Below the pieces are notes generated by a model. That model had not been told where the DNA came from. It did no database searches and saw only the letters and a program-made list of their open reading frames with translations. Positions 1 through 9,370 of a DNA stretch of 64,000 nucleotides are shown here, one piece after another. How positions within the stretch are numbered: position 1 is the stretch's first letter; every line of letters begins with the position of its first letter. The stretch lies in the sequence record NC_042081.1; one strand, 5' to 3'. The position numbers and the translations under genes were made by a program.

Positions 1-1220
1 AGATCTGGATATTGTTTCTTAAGATAATCTGTCAGTACATCGATAAAGTTTACAGTCGCGCATAATAGCAAACATTTCTGACCTTCAATACGATCCTTTA
101 TATAAACACCATCTACAATACGTTTAACCATCTTTAGATAGAAGTCTAGTCGCCTAGGGTTCTTCATCATTACTGTTTCATAACGAGCATGGTTATATGT
201 ATTTTTAAATGGAGTTAAATAGTCCTTAGGTTTAATAGTTGGTTCACTATATAACAAGCCAATAACATTGATGTATGAGTCATATGCAGGTAACCTACAC
301 TTTGTAGTAGCAGGTAGCATGACATCAATCATTTTAGTAACAAACTGATTACCAGTGTATGGAGTAGCTGATAAATAGATTTGTTTATTGACATTGGTAT
401 ATAGATCAGTACGAAATACTAATCCTGGATCTTCTTGAATCTCATCATTGATCTGCCAACCTGCTCCAATAACCTCATGGAATCTAGGTGGCGGTACATT
501 AAATCCAACTACATCGATTTTTTCACCTAATCGTTCAAAAGTATCGATATATGCACGGTATGTTGTAGAACTAATGAGAATAATTTCAACACCTTCTAAA
601 TCATTCTCTAGTCCGCGATTAATTAGATTCTGTAACTCAGCAGATCCAGATACTTTTAAATATTTTATACCTAGCTGATCTTCATAACCAACAAATGTTT
701 CTTTTAATGCTTTCTCCCAAATACCGAAATATTTAGGTGGAATCATAACAACACCACGTTCTTTCATTACTGCAACTGAAGCTAAACTAGTTAAGGTTTT
801 ACCTTTACCAGTCTGTAAGTCAACACGGGCTGAATGTAAATGTGGTCTTAGAATATCTTCGCGGATGGTTTCCTGATAATCCCTTAGAACATAATGTTCA
901 AATAAAGTATAGTCTACTTTAACAGCTGTTGGTACAGGAATATCTACAATTTCAATTCTAGTAGATGGTATATTCTTATCGGCTAGATAATTAATAAGTT
1001 CTTGAAGACATTCACGATGGATGAATACGGATTTACCATCTTCTGTTTCACCATAATATTTTTTCTTTATTTCCATTATGGTGCGCTGGCCAGGTATCTT
1101 CTTAGGTTCTTTTAAAACCAGTTTATTAAGATATCCAGTCATCTTTAAGTATGTTTCCCGATCGTAACCGGATAAACGAACACCATGGGTGTATCGTTCT
1201 GCTGTAAGAATCGGTTTCAT
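1..1220 (-). CDS. SF2 (UvsW/RAD-like) helicase, 5' part only; runs off the window (phiKZ gp75 position). Missed by the ORF track
   Basis: Hand translation from ATG at 1220 (MKPILTAERY...) is open to base 3; motifs LRDYQ, QTGKGKT (Walker A), DEIQE (motif II), SAT (motif III). Confidence 0.85.
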   Translation of the reverse strand, partial: MKPILTAERYTHGVRLSGYDRETYLKMTGYLNKLVLKEPKKIPGQRTIMEIKKKYYGETEDGKSVFIHRECLQELINYLADKNIPSTRIEIVDIPVPTAVKVDYTLFEHYVLRDYQETIREDILRPHLHSARVDLQTGKGKTLTSLASVAVMKERGVVMIPPKYFGIWEKALKETFVGYEDQLGIKYLKVSGSAELQNLINRGLENDLEGVEIILISSTTYRAYIDTFERLGEKIDVVGFNVPPPRFHEVIGAGWQINDEIQEDPGLVFRTDLYTNVNKQIYLSATPYTGNQFVTKMIDVMLPATTKCRLPAYDSYINVIGLLYSEPTIKPKDYLTPFKNTYNHARYETVMMKNPRRLDFYLKMVKRIVDGVYIKDRIEGQKCLLLCATVNFIDVLTDYLKKQYPD

Positions 1221-1278
1221 AAAAAAATCAACGATCGGTAAGGGGAGCAGTGCTCCCCAAACCTCACGTCCTCCACGT

Positions 1279-3312
1279 CTATCGCAGTTTACCACCTTTA
1301 ACTAGTAAGTCATATGGATGGTCATTCCTCATCTTGTTAAGGAAACTGCCTGGGTTATTTAGTGGCTCATGCTGCTTTTCGAAAGCCATCGCACCACCTA
1401 AACTACGACATTGCATTAGCCTATTATATTTTTCAAATTGGCCATTAATACCGGGTTTAGGTAAGCGATAGTCTCGATATTGAGCTGAACGGATCATCAT
1501 AGCGTATATCAAGATCTCACAATGGGAAATATTAAGGCTAATCTTTTCATTAGCCATTGTTGCAAATACAGGTAGTGCTTCAATTGGTGACTTGTAGTTT
1601 TTAAGATACGTTTTAGACGTATATCCAACTTTCTCAGTGCTTAGTTTACCTGCCTCAGCTGAGTCACTACCAGAATGTAAGAAACTTTGGAATCGTTTCA
1701 TTACTTCATACATGTTCACGTGCTTATTTGGTAGCGTCAAGAATGGTAGGTTAAAATCAAAACCACGAAGACTAATGACGATATTGTCTCGCTGATCTAG
1801 TTCCCAACGGACCATCTTAATATGCTTTAGCATTTCAATAGATAGACTAGCCCTACGGTTATACAGTGATACTGTCAGAACATCGCCACACTCACCATTC
1901 ACCTCGTCGTCATAGACTAGGGCCAGGCTGGTTAGTTCAGTAGCTGAAGTAGCTGGATATGCAGTAAGGTCATCAATCATTAAAATGTCAGCAAGGTTTT
2001 CTGCCTCTGACCGTGCGATTACTAAACGATAATCCTTCTGAGTAAGTTCTTTCTTTAGGTATAGTGTCTCTGGGATTTCACCTGTTCTTAAATAATTGCT
2101 TTCAATTTTACCAAGTTTATATTGTTCTACAGCAGAAGATGCATCGGTGTGTTTAGTAGATAATACTGCTGAAGTAATTTTATCCCCCATCGATACAGCT
2201 GCAACCTGACCGATATTAGTTCCTTTTGGAATATTGATACCTAGTCGGCCATAACAAGTCATACAGATACCCTGACTATCTGGATGATTACATCCAAATA
2301 CAGACCTGAATTTCTGTTTAGTTCCAATTAGGTGTGTTTCATTTCCACGGATCCAGTCTAGTTTACCATCTTCTTTTTGATAATATTTTCCTTTGAATGC
2401 TTTTAAAGTTAACTTAGTTACAGGATACTCAGCTAAGATTGTAGTCTTACAATCACCAGGATGTAGCCTTTGGACATATTGTGCAATAAGTTGAGATTTC
2501 CGGTTAAAGTATTCAGTTACTCGTAGTAGTTCTTTGTTATATAGTAGTGCTTTAGTACCTGAACGAGATTCAATCATATTCTCATACAGATTCCAAATAC
2601 CATCAATATAGCCAGTCGTTACCGGATATTTAAAGATGTCTGAGTTAATATCAGTTGGAAAGCCCCGCCAAGCAAATGCCTGTAGAAGCTGTTCAGTTTT
2701 CTGAGTACCAGAACGAAGACCTTCAATGATGCTATTACCAATGAATTGGGTAGGATCATTAAATACTTCTTTGACTTTACCATAACTAATTTTTTCGATA
2801 CCATAAGTAGTTGGTTCGATATTATGGTTAGCCTCACGTACTTTGGGATGATTATATACTTCAGCAATATCAAACATTGACAAGGTCGCTAGATATTCAG
2901 ACAGTTTCACAGTGGTCTGATTATACAGCCAGTTCTTACCTTCAATAGCCAGTTTAGATAATACTTCAGGATCTACTGTTTCACCTGACCAATCATAGAT
3001 ATTCCAAATAGCCTTATTTAAATGCTTGACCATGGCTTTAGATGTTACTCGGCCACCTTCAACATTTAGATAATCTTTAGGGTTATCAGTTAAGATGCGA
3101 TTGAAATCGATATGGTGATCAGATGGAATTGGGCAATCTTTATAATGTTTAAGAGGATACCAACACAGAACGGATAATTTGGTGATACGGTCAACTGACA
3201 CAACCGTTTTTCCATCATCAAATTCGATTAGATGCCATTCTGAAGGGAGTGACCATAAATCATCATAACTTAGATTTAGAAGATCACGCGCTTTATAACG
3301 ATTAAGATTCAT
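1279..3312 (-). CDS. Non-virion RNA polymerase beta'-like subunit, C-terminal part (gp74)
   Basis: 677 aa; Zn-site-like CNHPDSQGICMTCYG, trigger-loop-like SAVLSTKH; position after the beta-like gene. Confidence 0.9.
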   Translation of the reverse strand: MNLNRYKARDLLNLSYDDLWSLPSEWHLIEFDDGKTVVSVDRITKLSVLCWYPLKHYKDCPIPSDHHIDFNRILTDNPKDYLNVEGGRVTSKAMVKHLNKAIWNIYDWSGETVDPEVLSKLAIEGKNWLYNQTTVKLSEYLATLSMFDIAEVYNHPKVREANHNIEPTTYGIEKISYGKVKEVFNDPTQFIGNSIIEGLRSGTQKTEQLLQAFAWRGFPTDINSDIFKYPVTTGYIDGIWNLYENMIESRSGTKALLYNKELLRVTEYFNRKSQLIAQYVQRLHPGDCKTTILAEYPVTKLTLKAFKGKYYQKEDGKLDWIRGNETHLIGTKQKFRSVFGCNHPDSQGICMTCYGRLGINIPKGTNIGQVAAVSMGDKITSAVLSTKHTDASSAVEQYKLGKIESNYLRTGEIPETLYLKKELTQKDYRLVIARSEAENLADILMIDDLTAYPATSATELTSLALVYDDEVNGECGDVLTVSLYNRRASLSIEMLKHIKMVRWELDQRDNIVISLRGFDFNLPFLTLPNKHVNMYEVMKRFQSFLHSGSDSAEAGKLSTEKVGYTSKTYLKNYKSPIEALPVFATMANEKISLNISHCEILIYAMMIRSAQYRDYRLPKPGINGQFEKYNRLMQCRSLGGAMAFEKQHEPLNNPGSFLNKMRNDHPYDLLVKGGKLR

Positions 3313-3342
3313 TATTTACCTCTTGTATTATTAAACCCCTGA

Positions 3343-4266
3343 TCAATGATCAGGGGCATATTCTAATGCAATACCACTACATTCAAGCAGGTGATCAAAC
3401 ATAGCTACTGGACGAGATCCACCAAATGGGATCTTTTCACGATCAACTGCAACTGGCACAGATGAAGGTTTTTCTGCTGTTAGCCAAGACTCAATAACCG
3501 CAGCATGCGCCAATGGGTTATTAGTTTGGTCTAAGATTTCAGCAGTCGGACCTGGACCAACTGTACAGTTATATGACCGAGTTTCAGATTCACCGAATGA
3601 CCGGATAGCTGTTTCTCGACCAGGAGTGCTAGCCCTATCAGCGTTGTTTAACTTAGAAGGTAGACCAAATGGTTGTGTTTTTACAGATGCTGCTGCTGAC
3701 CAGTCTTCACCAATCTTTTCTAGTAGCATCATGTAAAGTGGACCCATTAAGACATTGTCTTTAGTTGTTACCCACTTACCAGCTTGATCTCGATAAGATA
3801 CCTTTCCATAGTGTGGTCGATATTTATCGCTATTAATTAATTTGTTGACTGCTGCCATTAGATCCACTGGATCATCAACTGGTGCGTAGATATATGGGAA
3901 TCCATCCATTAGTACTGTTTTAACATGTTCTGCTGGATTTGGGTGTTCCATCATTTTACTATGCATTGTTGGAGCAATGATCTCATAGAAACCTAATAGT
4001 TCTTTAAATGCATAATCAACCCATTGTGTGTTACCCATTACACTATTTAGTTGTTGCTGGGTTGGTTTGGCATGTCGATCTAGTCCAGCTTCAACGCGTA
4101 GGCGTTGAGCTAGATCCCGTGCAGCTGCACCAAAACCATGTTCATAAATTCGACCATAGTTTGAACGACGCATGGTTGAACCACCAAAGATAATTAGATC
4201 TGCCCTATTACCATTTTCGTCAATAGGCATATCTTCATCTTCCATTACCTTACAGATGACGCCCTT
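3343..4266 (-). CDS. nvRNAP beta-like subunit exon 2 (gp73 part)
   Basis: The frame of the 300-aa ORF extends 7 codons upstream (KGVICKV-MEDEDMP); joined to exon 1 it restores FHGG|KGVI, the beta HGxKG motif; spliced product 700 aa from ATG 5752. Confidence 0.9.
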   Translation of the reverse strand, partial: KGVICKVMEDEDMPIDENGNRADLIIFGGSTMRRSNYGRIYEHGFGAAARDLAQRLRVEAGLDRHAKPTQQQLNSVMGNTQWVDYAFKELLGFYEIIAPTMHSKMMEHPNPAEHVKTVLMDGFPYIYAPVDDPVDLMAAVNKLINSDKYRPHYGKVSYRDQAGKWVTTKDNVLMGPLYMMLLEKIGEDWSAAASVKTQPFGLPSKLNNADRASTPGRETAIRSFGESETRSYNCTVGPGPTAEILDQTNNPLAHAAVIESWLTAEKPSSVPVAVDREKIPFGGSRPVAMFDHLLECSGIALEYAPDH

Positions 4267-4573
4267 CGTTATGTTCAGGTAAGTTCGCTACGCTTACCCC
4301 GCCTCTCGTATTGCAGGCAGCTGCATGTCACCATGCAGACCAGACTATATCTTAACCTTCACCCTAGGTGGTCAGGTCCCTCCCATTTCCACTCGCTTGA
4401 GTGTACTCCGCGTAACCGGATAGTCGTTGAACGTTCAATCCATTTCTGGAAAGCTTCGCTGCTGATTGTCTCATTGAGATGTCCCAGCAATTAGAGAGGA
4501 TTTACTTGACTCTTTCGAGATCAAGCAGGCAATTTGACAATATCCATTCCTGAGAGATGGATGGATATTAATT
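4267..4573 (-). ncRNA. Group IA2 self-splicing intron, 307 nt, no ORF
   Basis: Minus strand has AAUUGCUGGGA (P), AAUCAGCAG (Q), GUUCAACGACUA (R), AAGAUAUAGUC (S), P7.1/P7.2 hairpins, P1 GGU|AAUU pairing with AAUUGCC (U-G at the splice site) and terminal G. Confidence 0.93.
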
Positions 4574-5752
4574 ACCACCATGAAAATCAGTCATCTTGAA
4601 AGCACCAGCAGGCATCTTTTGGGCTTTGTAAGTTACTTCGACTCGCCATTCATCTAGTGGGTCTAGTCGATAGAATCGAGATAGTTTACGGACATTATCA
4701 GGTTGAGGTAGGAACATCTGTGCAGTTACAATAAGACGTTCAAATTCCTCAGTGATGTGTAGATCATCTTTACGACGTGCTAATAGACCACGATAGATCT
4801 TTAATAGTTCTCGATAATAACTGCTAAGATGAGTATGATATTTAACTAGTTGTGCATCCATTCCTGTTGGGGTAGGTGATGGATTTACACGCTCATCACG
4901 CCAGATATCAATATCAATAACCTTTGCACCAGGCGTGCCAATAACAGCTCTGTCGAAAGTCCTATCTAGTGTACGAAGTGCCCTAGGAGTCATCTCGGCA
5001 GGAGCTAGATCATCATCATGGTCACGGATGGCGAAGATTACACCATCTGGTCGGATAACATCACCAATGTCTGGAAATGGTTTATAGATCTTATCATCGC
5101 CATACATGTTTAAGAAGAAAGCTTTCCTACCAGCATTAGCTACAGCCGTGCTATAACTAGTTGGCATCATTCGTTTAAGGAAATTCTTATTAGCTACGAA
5201 TCCATCTTCAATGGTACCTGCGGCAGATAGGAATACAACATTAGCATTAACACCCATCCCTAAAGTACCATCTTTCTTAACTGCACCAGACTGTGCAATT
5301 ACTGTGTCTTTAGAGAACATTTCATTTGGAGCAATGGTTTCCCACACTTCTCGGTTCTTTACAAGTTCATAACCAAAGTCTTGGTGATGGCTCATGTATT
5401 CGGGAACATGTAAGACACCAATGGTTTTATATTTGTCAAAATAGTTTTCGTAGATAATAGTTGTTACCGGGTTAGATCTAATACTGTCTTTACCAATACC
5501 CGTTGGATATTTTCTAAGAACGTGTAGTACACGACAATCCTCAGGAAAACGAACATCATGTGTATACTTGGCATACTCTAATTCAGCACCCGTTAGGAAA
5601 TAACGCGATTCATTTCCATTTACTTCCGGTGCTTGTCCAATGTGTGTTACAAACATAGCACCCCGTGCAGATGAGGTAGTGCCATACCAAGGATCTAAAC
5701 CAGTATGTCCTAATAGGGTTAGATCAATTTCACGTTTACCTAGCTCAGCCAT
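4574..5752 (-). CDS. nvRNAP beta-like subunit exon 1 (gp71 part)
   Basis: Track ORF 4568-5767; IEDGF and KMTDFHGG motifs; likely start MAELGK at 5752, overlapping the stop of the upstream small ORF. Confidence 0.9.
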
Positions 5753-5864
5753 TTTGTTTATCACCATTAATTAGACAAGATGCAGTACTACTATATTTCT
5801 TATTTGCACTGTTTTTAGCTATAACCTTTTGTGAGACTTCAATGTCTGGTATCACCAATTTCAT
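5745..5864 (-). CDS. Unannotated 39-aa ORF (MKLVIPDIEVSQKVIAKNSANKKYSSTASCLINGDKQNG)
   Basis: AGGAGG Shine-Dalgarno (best spaced to TTG/GTG codons 3-4); TGA overlaps the beta-subunit ATG region. Confidence 0.5.
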   Translation of the reverse strand: MKLVIPDIEVSQKVIAKNSANKKYSSTASCLINGDKQNG

Positions 5865-5891
5865 ACCTCCTGTTTACTAATTACAAATCAA

Positions 5892-5912
5892 TGATATAGA
5901 TCTTAAATAAAA
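5892..5912 (-). promoter_or_regulatory. Early-type promoter (TATATCA variant)
   Basis: Minus strand AAATTTTATTTAAGATCTATATCA matches the repeated AGATYTATAT(T/C)A motif; TATATTAC is the described phiKZ early promoter core. Confidence 0.6.
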
Positions 5913-5916
5913 TTTA

Positions 5917-6291
5917 TTGGAATTTATTATGGCATTCACACTGTTAGCTAATCAGCCAGATTCAGGTGAATCTGTTTATTATGAACCAGGGTTCAGATTA
6001 ATTATTGAGACTCATTTGAATATCTTACGTAATGTCAGATCCACACGTATTCAGATTCCACCTGAATTGTATTACCAGTTCGAAGGAAACTTTTATGGAT
6101 ACATGGCAGAACGCCGTGTCAATCCTGATATGTGGTGGATTCAAATGCGTGTTAATGGTTTAGTTAGCCCTTATGATTTTGGTAAAGTTCTAAGGGATCC
6201 TTCAGCTAATGATTACACCAGCTATTTAATCATACCGAATAACGACATGATTCAGCACCTCGTTAGCTTATATCAAACTAAAAAGTTTTAA
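5917..6291 (+). CDS. Putative LysM/gp53-like baseplate wedge protein
   Basis: NPDMWWIQMRVNGLVSPYDF resembles the LysM/T4 gp53 pattern; + strand like other late genes; likely ATG at 5929. Confidence 0.4.
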   Translation: MEFIMAFTLLANQPDSGESVYYEPGFRLIIETHLNILRNVRSTRIQIPPELYYQFEGNFYGYMAERRVNPDMWWIQMRVNGLVSPYDFGKVLRDPSANDYTSYLIIPNNDMIQHLVSLYQTKKF

Positions 6292-6297
6292 AGCAAG

Positions 6298-6321
6298 CCA
6301 GGGGACCCTTAGGCCCCCTGG
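6298..6321. terminator. Bidirectional hairpin terminator
   Basis: CCAGGGG...CCCCTGG stem between convergent genes, followed by TTTATGCCG. Confidence 0.75.
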
Positions 6322-6332
6322 TTTATGCCGTA

Positions 6333-7724
6333 TTACAGTAGACGCCCCATCATTTGGTTTCCACCTAGATTCATCATCGCAGTGTTACCATTACCAGCTA
6401 GAGCGGGGTTCAGTGCTTGTGCAAATCCACCACCCATCGGCATTTGATTGCCCATGAGTTGCATCATTTGCGGATGCATATTAGCCATCATTGGTTGCTG
6501 TAGCTGCATCATCCCAGGCATTGCAAAGTTATTGTTCATCATAACAGGTTGTTGCATCATTCCTGGTTGAGCAAATTGGTTTTTCTGCCCAGCGTTTAGA
6601 AGATCTTGGATAGATGCTTTATTGCTAGTTTGAACTTGTTGTGCGGGACGTTGAGGTGCCTGAGTCATTGCTACAGCCTGACTCATGGATGGATTAACAT
6701 TCACAGTTGTGCCTACTGGTACACGTGTAGAAGTAGTTTGTTCTTTAGCAGTATTACCCACTTTAACTACACTATCCTTTTTCTGGACAGGAATTTGGGC
6801 AACTGGGTTTACAGTTTCAGAAGCTTCTTCTTCTACTTCATTGCTGACTCCTTCATTACCATCAAGAGAGGGGATCTCACGTTGCATCTTTGCAAAATCA
6901 GCAATCACCTTCTCATCAACTTTTGAATAAGGTTGAATAGCATCATCGAAGATCAGGCGATACTTATCAATAACACTATTTAGTTGAGTAGTGATTTTGT
7001 TAAATGCCTGGATAAGACATACAAAATAAGGCGCTACCCGCTCAACAGTTCCTGCTGAATATTCAGTTGGTGAATCACCAAATGGTACAACTAGTTTAAA
7101 TAGTTCGATTAGAACAGGCCGCTGTTTCTTAGGTACATTTACTCCAAGGATATCATCTTTAGAATAAAGATCCTCTACGATAGGGAACCGAATAACGCAG
7201 ATACGGTTAACTGTCTTCCCATCAAATTTACCATTTGCTTTTAGATATACGCTTACAAAACGTGAGCGTTTTTCAGCAGCTTTGACAACCTTATTAAACC
7301 ACTCAATGGTATCTGGCTTAGCACCGGATAGTTTCTTTAGGAAGTCTGAACATTCTGGCGGAATGTCTTTATGCAGAGTGGAGTCGGCAGCTACTTCTAA
7401 AATACGTGAAGTAAGATACTTCACAGTGAACATTAGATTAGCCTTAACTTGACGCTGCATGTGCTGTAGTACTTGAGAAGTACCTAGTCGAGAGATCTTT
7501 TCAGATAGCGGGTGGAAGGCGATGTAATCATCGCCAAGCCCTTTACGAAGCCAATCTTTAGTAGGTACTACTAGTCGCTTACCATCTACCTTTGCAGGTG
7601 CAGGTCGACCAAGTGGATCGAGAATACTGATCATATCCTCTTCACCTACTTTGTATCGGAAAGCAGGTAGTACTTGATCACTATAGAACTTGGAAAGAGA
7701 AATCGTAGGCATTGTTATCACCAA
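6333..7724 (-). CDS. Conserved hypothetical protein (gp70 position) with M/Q/N/G-rich C-terminal tail
   Basis: 463-aa ORF; probable start MPTISL at 7712. Confidence 0.8.
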   Translation of the reverse strand: MVITMPTISLSKFYSDQVLPAFRYKVGEEDMISILDPLGRPAPAKVDGKRLVVPTKDWLRKGLGDDYIAFHPLSEKISRLGTSQVLQHMQRQVKANLMFTVKYLTSRILEVAADSTLHKDIPPECSDFLKKLSGAKPDTIEWFNKVVKAAEKRSRFVSVYLKANGKFDGKTVNRICVIRFPIVEDLYSKDDILGVNVPKKQRPVLIELFKLVVPFGDSPTEYSAGTVERVAPYFVCLIQAFNKITTQLNSVIDKYRLIFDDAIQPYSKVDEKVIADFAKMQREIPSLDGNEGVSNEVEEEASETVNPVAQIPVQKKDSVVKVGNTAKEQTTSTRVPVGTTVNVNPSMSQAVAMTQAPQRPAQQVQTSNKASIQDLLNAGQKNQFAQPGMMQQPVMMNNNFAMPGMMQLQQPMMANMHPQMMQLMGNQMPMGGGFAQALNPALAGNGNTAMMNLGGNQMMGRLL

Positions 7725-9354
7725 ATTTAGGATTGATTTGAGCAGGTTGAGCTACAGGGTGCTGATACGGCTGCATGTTAACCGGCTGACCACTACTGTT
7801 TAGAATGTTTTGTTGAGTCTTAGTGGGGATAACATTCTTAACAAGATAGGTAAGGTCATTGGAGATCATTGCTGGTGCAGAAGCATCCCGAGTAATAACT
7901 GGACTGAACAGACTATCAATGAAAGTCGGTGCAATAAATCGTTCTACCGATTCATGATTTAGACTGATATCAATAACAGTATCACCAGCTAAGTCAGAGT
8001 GCATGGAGATTTTAAACGGAATCTGGTTACCATAAGAGATACTGTTAATCGCATCGGTAATAAGACGACGTTCAAAGTCATTGATCTGTGGAGTCATATC
8101 AATTCCATCCATGATACTCCTGGTACCATTTGGATGCATTTCGAATAGATAGTTATTCGCTCCATGTCCATTTGTAATTGCAAAGGAGGTTACCCGGAAA
8201 TAGTTATCCATCATGATTGCTGGAACTACTTGTGCAAGTAGAGATGCTGCAACAGTGTGATGATCTGCGCCACCCCAATGCATGGAATGCTCTGCTCGGT
8301 TAACGAAGCGTTGAGAATTACCATTATCCATACCGGCTTTAACTACACCATCAACCAGTAGTTCAGGGAATACTCGTTGTAGGTCAGCCAGTGTAACAAA
8401 GCCACGTTCCATGTAATTGCAGCGTTCTTTTAGAATGCGCATGAACATATTGGAATGGATATCTTGATTTCGAAGTACAGCAGATGCATCACCTAGCATC
8501 ACTTCATCAGAGACACCTCCAAAGATATTATCGTTATCATTATTAGCCATCTCAGCTTCTTTAACAGAATGCTGCCATGCATTAAGAGTACTAGATAGAT
8601 AACGAGTAGGAGAAGTATCGCGGCGATTTGAATATTGGAAAGTACCTGCTTCACCAACACTGGAGCGTTGATCAATGATCCGGTCAAATACGCCTTGATG
8701 TAGTCCAGTTGATTCAATGCGTTTAGCTACTTGCATCGTTTGCTGAATTTGGAAAACATCTTCTGGTCGTTGGAGATATGATGAAGTTCCAGTATACATG
8801 CTAAACCCGTTCTGAGGGATAGTAATATCACTCATGATATCGACGGGTGCAAGGATCTGGTTAGAACCTAGGATATGTGCTTGTTTGACTACACCGAACT
8901 CAGTTGGTCGTTGGCGCTCTACAATAACAGTTTCACTATTAAAATAGATACGCATGTTAGGATCTAGACTATTGCTAAGCGGACTAATAGAGCAATGGTC
9001 AGAGCAACCAAATAGAATCCGGCAAGTACGGGTATTACCAAAGAAACGGTTATTCTCCCATACTTTCATCATGAACCTAAACCGGCGCTCACCCCAACCA
9101 TTGACGATAGGGACTTCACCTTGAGTTTGAGCACGTGGTGCAATCACATCAGCTGCAATTTGCTGCACAGCTGCAACACCTAGATTACGACCATCATTAG
9201 TTGCTTCTTTTAAACGTTCAATAGAGTTCTCAGTTACCTCTACCGTAAATGGTCGAACATGCTCAGGTTGATAAGTACCAGTCTGTACTAGAATGAATGA
9301 TTCAATCTGTACTTCAGTATTACCACCCATTGCTGAATTATTAAAACCTAACAT
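7681..9354 (-). CDS. picA: Phage nucleus protein importer PicA/Imp1 (gp69)
   Basis: 557 aa; lies directly after gp68 in the chmC-gp68-picA block; assigned from gene order. Confidence 0.7.
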   Translation of the reverse strand: MLGFNNSAMGGNTEVQIESFILVQTGTYQPEHVRPFTVEVTENSIERLKEATNDGRNLGVAAVQQIAADVIAPRAQTQGEVPIVNGWGERRFRFMMKVWENNRFFGNTRTCRILFGCSDHCSISPLSNSLDPNMRIYFNSETVIVERQRPTEFGVVKQAHILGSNQILAPVDIMSDITIPQNGFSMYTGTSSYLQRPEDVFQIQQTMQVAKRIESTGLHQGVFDRIIDQRSSVGEAGTFQYSNRRDTSPTRYLSSTLNAWQHSVKEAEMANNDNDNIFGGVSDEVMLGDASAVLRNQDIHSNMFMRILKERCNYMERGFVTLADLQRVFPELLVDGVVKAGMDNGNSQRFVNRAEHSMHWGGADHHTVAASLLAQVVPAIMMDNYFRVTSFAITNGHGANNYLFEMHPNGTRSIMDGIDMTPQINDFERRLITDAINSISYGNQIPFKISMHSDLAGDTVIDISLNHESVERFIAPTFIDSLFSPVITRDASAPAMISNDLTYLVKNVIPTKTQQNILNSSGQPVNMQPYQHPVAQPAQINPKFGDNNAYDFSFQVL

Positions 9355-9370
9355 AGAACTACCTCAATTA

